Below, one piece after another: positions 41,801-54,600 of a DNA stretch of 64,000 nt. A program made the position numbers and the translations under genes. Each line of letters starts with the position of its first letter. Position 1 is the first letter of the stretch. The DNA lies in contig NC_087436.1 in NCBI RefSeq assembly GCF_036321535.1, forward strand, positions 620,001-684,000, read 5' to 3'. Origin of the DNA: Camelus dromedarius (taxonomy: Eukaryota). The notes beneath the pieces are model-generated. The model was not told the DNA's origin and did no database searches. It worked only from the letters and a program-made list of their open reading frames with translations.

Positions 41801-44229
41801 GAGCTAGTACCTCCCCATATATATGTATGGAATGGAGTTTGCAACTGAAAAGAAACTTTGTGTTCCCAACAAGCTAGGTGAAGGACGGCTTTCACACACA
41901 CTTATCTCTCAGAACTGAGCAAGTGGAGAGACGTTCGTTCATCTAGCATCAAGGGAACGGGTTGCAGGGGACACTTTTTCTCTGCTATCTCAGTCTGTTT
42001 CCTAGTGCCGGTTTGAAGTTCCTGCAGTTTTCACTGTAAAACCGAGTTGGAGCTTCTACCACCCCATATATATGTATGGAATGGAGTTTGCAACTGAAAA
42101 GAAACTCTGTGTTCCCAACAAGCTAGGTGAAGGACGGCTTTCACACACACTTATCTCTCAGAACTGAGCAAGTGGAGAGACGTTCGTTCATCTAGCACCA
42201 AGGGAACGGGTTGAAGGAGACACTTTTTCTCTGCTTTCTCAGTCGGTTTCCTAGTGCCGTTTTGAAGTTCCTGCAGTTTTCACTGTCAAACCGAGTTGGA
42301 GCTAGTACCTCCCCATATATATGTATGGAATGGAGTTTGCAACTGAAAAGAAACTGTGTTCCCAACAAGCTAGGTGAAGGACGGCTTTCACACGCACATA
42401 TCTCTCAGAACTGAGCAAGTGGAGAGACGTTCGTTCATCTAGCACCAAGGGAACGGGTTGCAGGAGACACTTTTTCTCTGCTTCCTCAGTCTGTTTCCTA
42501 GTGCCGGTTAGAATTTCCTGCAGTTTTCACTGTAAAACCGAGTTGGAGCTTGTACCTCCCCATATATATGTATGGAATGGAGTTTGCAACTGAAAAGAAA
42601 CTTTGTGTTCCCAACAAGCTAGGTGAAGGACGGCTTTCACACGCACATATCTCTCAGAACTGAGCAAGTGGAGAGACGTTCGTTCATCTAGCACCAAGGG
42701 AACGGGTTGCAGGAGACACTTTTTCTCTTCTTCCTCAGTCTGTTTCCTAGTGCCGGTTTGAAGTTCCTGCAGTTTTCACTGTCAAACCGAGTTGGAGATT
42801 CTACCTCCCAATATATATGTATGGAATGGTGTTTGCAACTGAAAAGAAACTTTGTGTTCCCAACAAGCTAGGTGAAGGACGGCTTTCACACGCACTTATC
42901 TCTCAGAACTGAGCAAGTGGAGAGACGATCGTTCATCTAGCACCAAGGGAACGGGTTACAGGAGACACTTTTTCTCTGCTTTCTCAGTCTGTTTCCTAGT
43001 GCCGGTTTGAAGTTCCTGCAGTTTTCACTGTAAAACGGAGTTGGAGTTTCTACCTCCCCATATATATGTATGGAATGGAGTTTGCAACTGAAAAGAAACT
43101 TTGTGTTCCCAACAAGCCAGGTGAAGGACGGCTTTCACACACCCTTATCTCTCAGAACTGAGCAAGTGGAGAGACTTTCGTTCATCTAGCACCAAGGGAA
43201 CGGGTTGCAGGAGACAATTTTTCTCTGCTTTCTCAGTCTGTTTCCTAGTGCCGGTTTGAAGTTCCTGCAGTTTTCACTGTCAAACGGAGTTGGAGCTAGT
43301 ACCTCCCCATATATATGTATGGAATGGAGTTTGCAACTGAAAAGAAACTTTGTGTTCCCAACAAGCTAGGTGAAGGACGGCTTTCACACACACTTATCTC
43401 TCAGAACTGAGCAAGTGGAGAGACGTTCGTTCATCTAGCACCAAGGGAACGGGTTGCAGGAGACACTTTTTCTCTGCTTCTCAGTCTGTTTCCTAGTGCC
43501 GGTTTGAAGTTCCTGCAGTTTTCACTGTAAAACCGAGTTGGAGCTAGTACCTCCCCATATGTATGTATGGAATGGAGTTTGCAACTGAAAAGAAACTTTG
43601 TGTTCCCAACAAGCTAGGTGAAGGACGGCTTTCACACACACTTATCCCTCAGAACTGAGCAAGTGGAGAGACGTTCGTTCATCTAGCACCAAGGGAACGG
43701 GTTGCAGGAGACACTTTTTCTCTGCTTTCTCAGTCTGTTTCCTAGTGCCGGTTTGAAGTTCCTGCAGTTTTCACTGTCAAACCCAGTTGGAGCTTGTACC
43801 TCCCCATATATATGTATGGAATGGAGTTTGCAACTGAAAAGAAACTTTGTGTTCCCAACAAGCTAGGTGAAGGATGGCTTTCACACACAATTATCTCTCA
43901 GAACAGAGCAAGTAGAGAGACGTTCGTTCATCTAGCACCAAGCGAACGGGTTGCAGGAGACACTTTTTCTCTGCTTTCTCAGTCTGTTACCTAGTGCCGG
44001 TTTGAAGTTCCTGCAGTTTTCACTGTCAAACCGAGTTGGAGCTAGTACCTCCCCATATATATGTATGGAATGGAGTTTGCAACTGAAAAGAAACTTTGTG
44101 TTCCCAACAAGCTAGGTGAAGGACGGCTTTCACACACACTTATCTCTCAGAACTGAGCAAGTGGAGAGACGTTCGTTCATCTAGCACCAGGGAACGGGTT
44201 GCAGGAGACACTTTTTCTCTGCTTCCTCA

Positions 44230-47200
44230 GTCTGTTTCCTAGTGCCGGTTTGAAGTTCCTGCAGTTTTCACTGTCAAACCGAGTTGGAGCTAGTACCTCC
44301 CCATATATATGTATGGAATGGAGTTTGCAACTGAAAAGAAACTTTGTGTTCCCAACAAGCTAGGTGAAGGACGGCTTTCACACACACTTATCTCTCAGAA
44401 CTGAGCAAGTGGAGAGACATTCGTTCATCTAGCACCAAGGGAACGGGTTGCAGGAGACACTTTTTCTCTGCTTCCTCAGTCTGTTTCCTAGTGCCGGTTT
44501 GAAGTTCCTGCAGTTTTCACTGTAAAACCGAGTTGGAGCTTCTATCTCCTCATATATATGTATGGAATGGAGTTTGCAACTGAAAAGAAACTTTGTGTTC
44601 CCAAAAAGCAAGGTGAAGGACTGCTTTCAAACACACTTATCTCTCAGAACTGAGCAAGTGGAGAGACGTTCGTTCATCTAGAACAAAGGGAACGGGTTGC
44701 AGGAGACACTTATTCTCTGCTTTCTCAGTCTGTTTCCTAGTGCCGGTTTGAAGTTCCTGCAGTTTTCACAGTAAAACCGAGTTGGAGCTAGTACCTCCCC
44801 ATATATATGTATGGAATGGAGTTTGCAACTGAAAAGAAACTTTGTGTTCCCAACAAGCTAGGTGAAGGACGGCTTTCACACACAATTATCTCTCAGAACT
44901 GAGCAAGTGGAGAGACGTTCGTTCATCTAGCATCAAGGGAACGGGTTGCAGGGGACACTTTTTCTCTGCTATCTCAGTCTGTTTCCTAGTGCCGGTTTGA
45001 AGTTCCTGCAGTTTTCACTGTAAAACCGAGTTGGAGCTTCTACCACCCCATATATATGTATGGAATGGAGTTTGCAACTGAAAAGAAACTCTGTGTTCCC
45101 AACAAGCTAGGTGAAGGACGGCTTTCACACACACTTATCTCTCAGAACTGAGCAAGTGGAGAGACGATCGTTCATCTAGCACCAAGGGAACGGGTTGAAG
45201 GAGACACTCTTTCTCTGCTTTCTCAGTCGGTTTCCTAGTGCCGGTTAGAAGTTCCTGCAGTTTTCACTGTCTAACCGAGTTGGAGCTAGTACTTCCCCAT
45301 ATATATTTATGGAATTGAGTTTGCAACTGAAAAGAAACTTTGTGTTCCCAACAAGCTAGGTGAAGTACGGCTTTCACACACAATTATCTCTCAGAACTGA
45401 GCAAGTGGAGAGACGTTCGTTCATCTAGCACCAAGGGAACGGGTTGCAGGAGACACTTTTTCTCTGCTTCCTCAGTCTGTTTCCTAGTGCCGGTTTGAAG
45501 TTCCTGCAGTTTTCACTGTCAAACCGAGTTGGAGCTTCTACCTCCCCATATATATGTATGGAATGGAGTTTGCAACTGAAAAGAAACTTTGTGTTCCCAA
45601 CAAGCTAGGTGAAGGACGGCTTTCACACACACTTATCTCTCAGAACAGAGCAAGTGGAGAGACGTTCGTTCATCTAGCACCAAGGGAACGGGTTGCAGGG
45701 GACACTTTTTCCCTGCTATCTCAGTCTGTTTCCTAGTGCCGGTTAGAAGTTCCTGCAGTTTTCATTGTCAAACCGATTTGGAGCTAGTATCTCCCCATAT
45801 ATATGTATGGAATGGAGTTTACAACTGAAAAGAAACTTTGTGTTCCCAACAAGCAAGGTGAAGGACGGCTTTCACACACACTTATCTCTCAGAACTGAGC
45901 AAGTGGAGAGACGTTCGTTCATCTAGCACCAAGGGAACGGGTTGCAGGAGACACTTTTTCTCTGCTTTCTCAGTCTGTTTCCTATTGCCGGTTTGAAGTT
46001 CCTGCAGTTTTCACTGTAAATCCGAGTTGGAGCTTGTACCTCCCCGTATATATGTATGGAATGGAGTTTGCAACTGAAAAGAAACTTTGTGTTCCCAACA
46101 AGCTAGGTGAAGGACGGCTTTCACACACATTTATCTCTCAGAACTGAACAAGTGGAGAGACGTTCGTTCATGTAGCACCAAGGGAACGGGTTGCAGGAGA
46201 CACTTTTTCTCTGTTTTCTCAGTCTGTTTCCTAGTGCCGGTTTGAAGTTCCTGCAGATTTCGCTGTGAAACCCAGTTGGAGCTTCTACCACCCCATATAT
46301 ATGTATGGAATGGAGTTTGCAACTGAAAAGAAACTTTGTGTTCCCAACAAGCAAGGTGAAGAACGGCTTTCACACACACTTATCTCTCAGAACTGAGCAA
46401 GTGGAGAGACGTTCGTTCATCTAGCACCAAGGGAACGGGTTGCAGGAGACACTTTTTCTCTGCTTTCTCAGTCTGTTTCCTAGTGCCGGTTTGAATTTCC
46501 TGCAGTTTTCACTGTCAATCCGAGTTGGAGCTAGTACCTCCCCGTATATATGTATGGAATGGAGTTTGCAACTGAAAAGAAACTTTGTGTTCCCAACAAG
46601 CTAGGTGAAGGACGGCTTTCACACACACTTATCTCTCAGAACTGAGCAAGTGGAGAGACGTTCGTTCATGTAGCACCAAGGGAACGGGTAGCAGGAGACA
46701 CTTTTTCTCTGATTTCTCAGTCTGTTTCCTAGTGCCGGTTTGAAGTTCCTGCAGTTTTCACTGTCAAACCGAGTTGGAGCTAGTACCTCCCCATATATAT
46801 GTATGGATTGGAGTTGGCAACTGAAAAGAAACTTTGAGTTCCAAACAAGCTAGTTGAAGGACGGCTTTCACACACACATATCTCTCAGAACTGAGCAAGT
46901 GGAGAGACGTTCGTTCATCTAGCACCAAGGGAACGGGTTGCAGGAGACACTTTTTCTCTGCTTCCTCAGTCTGTTTCCTAGTGCCGGTTTGAAGTTCCTG
47001 CAGTTTTCACTGTAAAACAGAGTTGGAGCTTGTACCTCCCCATATATATGTATGGAATGGAGTTTGCAACTGAAAAGAAACTTTCTGTTCCCAACAAGCT
47101 AGGTGAAGGACGGCTTTCACACACACTTATCTCTCAGAACTGAGCAAGTGGAGAGACGTTCGTTCATCTAGCACCAAGGGAACGGGTTGCAGGAGACACT

Positions 47201-50200
47201 TTTTCTCTGTTTTCTCAGTCTGTTTCCTAGTGCCGGTTTGAAGTTCCTGCAGTTTTCACTGTGAATTCGAGTTGGAGCTTCTACCTCCCCATATATATGT
47301 ATGGAATGGAGTTTGCAACTGAAAAGTAACTTTGTGTTCCCTACAAGCAAGGTGAAGGACGGCTTTCACACACACTTATCTTTCAGAACTGAGCAAGTGG
47401 AGAGACGTTCGTTCATCTAGCACGAAGGGAACGGGTTGCAGGAGACACTTTTTCTCTGCTTTCTCAGTCTGTTTCCTAGTGCCGGTTTGAAGTTCCTGCA
47501 GTTTTCACTGTAAAACCGTGTTGGAGTTTCTACCGCCCCATATATATGTATGGAATGGAGTTTGCAACTGAAAAGAAACTTTGTGTTCCCAACAAGCAAG
47601 GTGAAGGACGGCTTTCACACACAATTATCTCTCAGAACTGAGCAAGTGGAGAGACGTTCGTTCATCAAGCACCAAGGGAACGGGTTGCAGGAGACACTTT
47701 TTCTCTGCTTCCTCAGTCTGTTTCCTAGTGCCGGTTTGAAGTTCCTGCAGTTTTCACTGTAAAACCGAGTTGGAGCTTGTACCTCCCCATATATATGTAT
47801 GGAATGGAGTTTGCAACTGAAAAGAAACTTTGTGTTCCCAACAAGCTAGGTGAAGGACGGCTTTCACACACACTTATCTCTCAGAACTGAGCAAGTGGAG
47901 AGACGTTCGTTCATCTAGCACCAAGGGAACGGGTTGCAGGAGACACTTTTTCTCTGCTTCCTCAGTCTGTTTCCTAGTGCCGGTTTGAAGTTCCTGCAGT
48001 TTTCACTGTCAAACCGAGTTGGAGCTAGTACCTCCCCATATATATATATGGAATGGAGTTTGCAACTGAAAAGAAACTTTGTGTTCCCAACAAGCTAGGT
48101 GAAGGACGGCTTTCACACACACTTATCTCTCAGAACTGAGCAAGTGGAGAGACATTCGTTCATCTAGCACCAAGGGAACGGGTTGCAGGAGACACTTTTT
48201 CTCTGCTTCCTCAGTCTGTTTCCTAGTGCCGGTTTGAAGTTCCTGCAGTTTTCACTGTAAAACCGAGTTGGAGCTTCTATCTCCTCATATATATGTATGG
48301 AATGGAGTTTGCAACTGAAAAGAAACTTTGTGTTCCCAAAAAGCAAGGTGAAGGACTGCTTTCAAACACACTTATCTCTCAGAACTGAGCAAGTGGAGAG
48401 ACGTTCGTTCATCTAGAACAAAGGGAACGGGTTGCAGGAGACACTTATTCTCTGCTTTCTCAGTCTGTTTCCTAGTGCCGGTTTGAAGTTCCTGCAGTTT
48501 TCACTGTCAAACCGAGTTGGAGCTAGTACCTCCCCATATATATGTATGGAATGGAGTTTGCAACTGAAAAGAAACTTTGTGTTCCCAACAAGCTAGGTGA
48601 AGGACGGCTTTCACACACACTTATCTCTCAGAACTGAGCAAGTGGAGAGACGTTCGTTCATCTAGCATCAAGGGAACGGGTTGCAGGGGACACTTTTTCT
48701 CTGCTATCTCAGTCTGTTTCCTAGTGCCGGTTTGAAGTTCCTGCAGTTTTCACTGTAAAACCGAGTTGGAGCTTCTACCACCCCATATATATGTATGGAA
48801 TGGAGTTTGCAACTGAAAAGAAACTCTGTGTTCCCAACAAGCTAGGTGAAGGACGGCTTTCACACACACTTATCTCTCAGAACTGAGCAAGTGGAGAGAC
48901 GATCGTTCATCTAGCACCAAGGGAACGGGTTGAAGGAGACACTCTTTCTCTGCTTTCTCAGTCGGTTTCCTAGTGCCGGTTAGAAGTTCCTGCAGTTTTC
49001 ACTGTCTAACCGAGTTGGAGCTAGTACTTCCCCATATATATTTATGGAATTGAGTTTGCAACTGAAAAGAAACTTTGTGTTCCCAACAAGCTAGGTGAAG
49101 TACGGCTTTCACACACAATTATCTCTCAGAACTGAGCAAGTGGAGAGACGTTCGTTCATCTAGCACCAAGGGAACGGGTTGCAGGAGACACTTTTTCTCT
49201 GCTTCCTCAGTCTGTTTCCTAGTGCCGGTTTGAAGTTCCTGCAGTTTTCACTGTCAAACCGAGTTGGAGCTTCTACCTCCCCATATATATGTATGGAATG
49301 GAGTTTGCAACTGAAAAGAAACTTTGTGTTCCCAACAAGCTAGGTGAAGGACGGCTTTCACACACACTTATCTCTCAGAACAGAGCAAGTGGAGAGACGT
49401 TCGTTCATCTAGCACCAAGGGAACGGGTTGCAGGGGACACTTTTTCCCTGCTATCTCAGTCTGTTTCCTAGTGCCGGTTAGAAGTTCCTGCAGTTTTCAT
49501 TGTCAAACCGATTTGGAGCTAGTATCTCCCCATATATATGTATGGAATGGAGTTTACAACTGAAAAGAAACTTTGTGTTCCCAACAAGCTAGGTGAAGGA
49601 CGGCTTTCACACACACTTATCTCTCAGAACTGAGCAAGTGGAGAGACGTTCGTTCATCTAGCACCAAGGGAACGGGTTGCAGGAGACACTTTTTCTCTGC
49701 TTTCTCAGTCTGTTTCCTATTGCCGGTTTGAAGTTCCTGCAGTTTTCACTGTAAATCCGAGTTGGAGCTTGTACCTCCCCGTATATATGTATGGAATGGA
49801 GTTTGCAACTGAAAAGAAACTTTGTGTTCCCAACAAGCTAGGTGAAGGACGGCTTTCACACACATTTATCTCTCAGAACTGAACAAGTGGAGAGACGTTC
49901 GTTCATGTAGCACCAAGGGAACGGGTTGCAGGAGACACTTTTTCTCTGTTTTCTCAGTCTGTTTCCTAGTGCCGGTTTGAAGTTCCTGCAGATTTCGCTG
50001 TGAAACCCAGTTGGAGCTTCTACCACCCCATATATATGTATGGAATGGAGTTTGCAACTGAAAAGAAACTTTGTGTTCCCAACAAGCAAGGTGAAGAACG
50101 GCTTTCACACACACTTATCTCTCAGAACTGAGCAAGTGGAGAGACGTTCGTTCATCTAGCACCAAGGGAACGGGTTGCAGGAGACACTTTTTCTCTGCTT

Positions 50201-51660
50201 TCTCAGTCTGTTTCCTAGTGCCGGTTTGAATTTCCTGCAGTTTTCACTGTCAATCCGAGTTGGAGCTAGTACCTCCCCGTATATATGTATGGAATGGAGT
50301 TTGCAACTGAAAAGAAACTTTGTGTTCCCAACAAGCTAGGTGAAGGACGGCTTTCACACACACTTATCTCTCAGAACTGAGCAAGTGGAGAGACGTTCGT
50401 TCATGTAGCACCAAGGGAACGGGTAGCAGGAGACACTTTTTCTCTGATTTCTCAGTCTGTTTCCTAGTGCCGGTTTGAAGTTCCTGCAGTTTTCACTGTC
50501 AAACCGAGTTGGAGCTAGTACCTCCCCATATATATGTATGGATTGGAGTTGGCAACTGAAAAGAAACTTTGAGTTCCAAACAAGCTAGTTGAAGGACGGC
50601 TTTCACACACACATATCTCTCAGAACTGAGCAAGTGGAGAGACGTTCGTTCATCTAGCACCAAGGGAACGGGTTGCAGGAGACACTTTTTCTCTGCTTCC
50701 TCAGTCTGTTTCCTAGTGCCGGTTTGAAGTTCCTGCAGTTTTCACTGTAAAACCGAGTTGGAGCTTGTACCTCCCCATATATATGTATGGAATGGAGTTT
50801 GCAACTGAAAAGAAACTTTCTGTTCCCAACAAGCTAGGTGAAGGACGGCTTTCACACACACTTATCTCTCAGAACTGAGCAAGTGGAGAGACGTTCGTTC
50901 ATCTAGCACCAAGGGAACGGGTTGCAGGAGACACTTTTTCTCTGTTTTCTCAGTCTGTTTCCTAGTGCCGGTTTGAAGTTCCTGCAGTTTTCACTGTGAA
51001 TTCGAGTTGGAGCTTCTACCTCCCCATATATATGTATGGAATGGAGTTTGCAACTGAAAAGTAACTTTGTGTTCCCTACAAGCAAGGTGAAGGACGGCTT
51101 TCACACACACTTATCTTTCAGAACTGAGCAAGTGGAGAGACGTTCGTTCATCTAGCACCAAGGGAACGGGTTGCAGGAGACACTTTTTCTCTGCTTTCTC
51201 AGTCTGTTTCCTAGTGCCGGTTTGAAGTTCCTGCAGTTTTCACTGTAAAACCGTGTTGGAGTTTCTACCGCCCCATATATATGTATGGAATGGAGTTTGC
51301 AACTGAAAAGAAACTTTGTGTTCCCAACAAGCAAGGTGAAGGACGGCTTTCACACACAATTATCTCTCAGAACTGAGCAAGTGGAGAGACGTTCGTTCAT
51401 CAAGCACCAAGGGAACGGGTTGCAGGAGACACTTTTTCTCTGCTTCCTCAGTCTGTTTCCTAGTGCCGGTTTGAAGTTCCTGCAGTTTTCACTGTAAAAC
51501 CGAGTTGGAGCTTGTACCTCCCCATATATATGTATGGAATGGAGTTTGCAACTGAAAAGAAACTTTGTGTTCCCAACAAGCTAGGTGAAGGACGGCTTTC
51601 ACACACACTTATCTCTCAGAACTGAGCAAGTGGAGAGACGTTCGTTCATCTAGCACCAAG
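44230..51660. repeat. Tandem duplication of a 15-monomer block (period 3735 bp = 15 x 249)
   Basis: ORF pairs 44429/48164, 45554/49289, 46121/49856, 47168/50903 and 47550/51285. Private variants GAGACATTCG, TCTATCTCCTC, CAGATTTCGCTG and TTGAGTTCCAAAC repeat at +3735. Confidence 0.92.
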
Positions 51661-54600
51661 GGAACGTGTTGCAGGAGACACTTTTTCTCTGTTTTCTCAG
51701 TCTGTTTCCTAGTGCCGGTTTGAAGTTCCTGCAGTTTTCACTGTGAATTCGAGTTGGAGCTTCTACCTCCCCATATATATGTATGGAATGGAGTTTGCAA
51801 CTGAAAAGTAACTTTGTGTTCCCTACAAGCAAGGTGAAGGACGGCTTTCACACACACTTATCTTTCCGAACTGAGCAAGTGGAGAGACGTTCGTTCATCT
51901 AGCACCAAGGGAACGGGTTGCAGGAGACACTTTTTCTCTGCTTTCTCAGTCTGTTTCCTAGTGCCGGTTTGAAGTTCCTGCAGTTTTCACTGTAAAACCG
52001 TGTTGGAGTTTCTACCGCCCCATATATATGTATGGAATGGAGTTTGCAACTGAAAAGAAACTTTGTGTTCCCAACAAGCAAGGTGAAGGACGGCTTTCAC
52101 ACACACTTATCTCTCAGAACTGAGCAAGTAGAGAGACGTTCGTTCATCTAGCACCAAGGGAACGGGTTGGAGGAGACACTTTTTCTCTGCTTTCTCAGTC
52201 TGTTTCCTAGTGCCGGTTTGAAATTCCTGCAGTTTTCACTGTCAAACCGTGTTGGAGCTAGTACCTCCCCATATATATGTATGGAATGGAGTTGGCAACA
52301 GAAAAGAAACTTTGTGTTCCAAACAAGCTAGTTGAAGGACGGCTTTCACACACACATATCTCTCAGAACTGAGCAAGTGGAGAGACGTTCGTTCATCTAG
52401 CACCAAGGGAACGGGTTGCAGGAGACACTTTTTCTCTGCTTCCTCAGTCTGTTTCCTAGTGCCGGTTTGAAGTTCCTGCAGTTTTCACTGTAAAACCGAG
52501 TTGGAGCTTGTACCTCCCCATATATATGTATGGAATGGAGTTTGCAACTGAAAAGAAACTTTGTGTTCCCAACAAGCTAGGTGAAGGACGGCTTTCACAC
52601 ACACTTATCTCTCAGAACTGAGCAAGTGGAGAGACGTTCGTTCATCTAGCACCAAGGGAACGGCTTGCAGGGGACACTTTTCCTCTGCTTTCTCAGTCTG
52701 TTTCCTAGTGCCGGTTTGAAGTTCCTGCAGTTTTCACTGTAAAACCGAGTTGGAGCTTCTACCTCCACATATATATGTATGGAATGGAGTTTGCAACTGA
52801 AAAGAAACTTTGTGTTCCCAACAAGCTAGTTGAAGGACGGCTTTCACACACACTTATCTCTCAGAACAGAGCAAGTGGAGAGACGTTCGTTCATCTAGCA
52901 CCAAGGGAACGGGTTGCAGGGGACACTTTTTATCTGCTATCTCAGTCTGTTTCCTAGTGCCGGTTAGAAGTTCCTGCAGTTTTCATTGTCAAACCGATTT
53001 GGAGTTAGTATCTCCCCATATATATGTATGGAATGGAGTTTACAACTGAAAAGAAACTTTGTGTTCCCAACAAGCTTGGTGAAGAGCGGCTTTCACACAC
53101 ACTTATCTCTCAGAACTGAGCAAGTGGAGAGACGTTCGTTCATCTAGCACCAAGGGAACGGGTTGCAGGAGACACTTTTTCTCTGCTTTATCAGTCTGTT
53201 TCCTAGTGCCGGTTTGAAGTTCCTGCAGTTTTCACTGTCAAACCGAGTTGGAGCTAGTACCTCCCCATATATATGTATGGAATGGAGTTTGCAACTGAAA
53301 AGAAACTTTGTGTTCCCAACAAGCTAGGTGAAGGACGGCTTTCACACACACTTATCTCTCAGAACTGAGCAAGTGGAGAGACGTTCGTTCATCTAGCACC
53401 AAGGGAACGGGTTGCAGGAGACACTTTTTCTCTGCTTCCTCAGTCTGTTTCCTAGTGCCGGTTTGAAGATCCTGCAGTTTTCACTGTAAAACCGAGTTGG
53501 AGCTTCTACCTCCTCATATATATGTATGGAATGGAGTTTGCAACTGAAAAGAAACTTTGTGTTCCCAAAAAGCAAGGTGAAGGACTGCTTTCACACACAC
53601 TTATCTCTCAGAACTGAGCAAGTGGAGAGACGTTCGTTCATCTAGAACCAAGGGAACGGGTTGCAGGAGACACTTATTCTCTGCTTTCTCAGTCTGTTTC
53701 CTAGTGCCGGTTTGAAGTTCCTGCAGTTTTCACTGTAAAACCGAGTTGGAGCTTGTACCTCCCCATATATATGTATGGAATGGAGTTTGCAACTGAAAAG
53801 AAACTTTGTGTTCCCAACAAGCTAGGTGAAGGACGGCTTTCACACACACTTATCTCTCAGAACTGAGCAAGTGGAGAGACGTTCGTTCATCTAGCACCAA
53901 GGGAACGGGTTGCAGGAGACACTTTTTCTCTGCTTCTCAGTCTGTTTCCTAGGGCCGGTTTGAAGTTCCTGCAGTTTTCACTGTAAAACCGAGTTGGAGC
54001 TAGTACCTCCCCATATATATGTATGGAATGGAGTTTGCAACTGAAAAGAAACTTTGTGTTCCCAACAAGCTAGGTGAAGGGCCGCTTTCACACACACTTA
54101 TCTCTCAGAACTGAGCAAGTGGAGAGACGTTCGTTCATCTAGCACCAAGGGAACGGGTTGCAGGAGACACTTATTCTCTGCTTTCTCAGTCTGTTTCCTA
54201 GTGCCGGTTTGAAGTTCCTGCAGTTTTCACTGTCAAACCGTGTTGGAGCTTGTACCTCCCCATATATATGTATGGAATGGAGTTTGCAACTGAAAAGAAA
54301 CTTTGTGTTCCCAACAAGCTAGGTGAAGGATGGCTTTCACACACAATTATCTCTCAGAACAGAGCAAGTAGTGAGACGTTCGTTCATCTAGCACCAAGGG
54401 AACGGGTTGCAGGAGACACTTTTTCTCTGCTTTCTCAGTCTGTTACCTAGTGCCGGTTTGAAGTTCCTGCAGTTTTCACTGTCAAACCGAGTTGGAGCTA
54501 GTACCTCCCCATATATATGTATGGAATGGAGTTTGCATCTGAAAAGAAACTTTGTGTTCCCAACAAGCTAGGTGAAGGACGGCTTTCACACACACTTATC

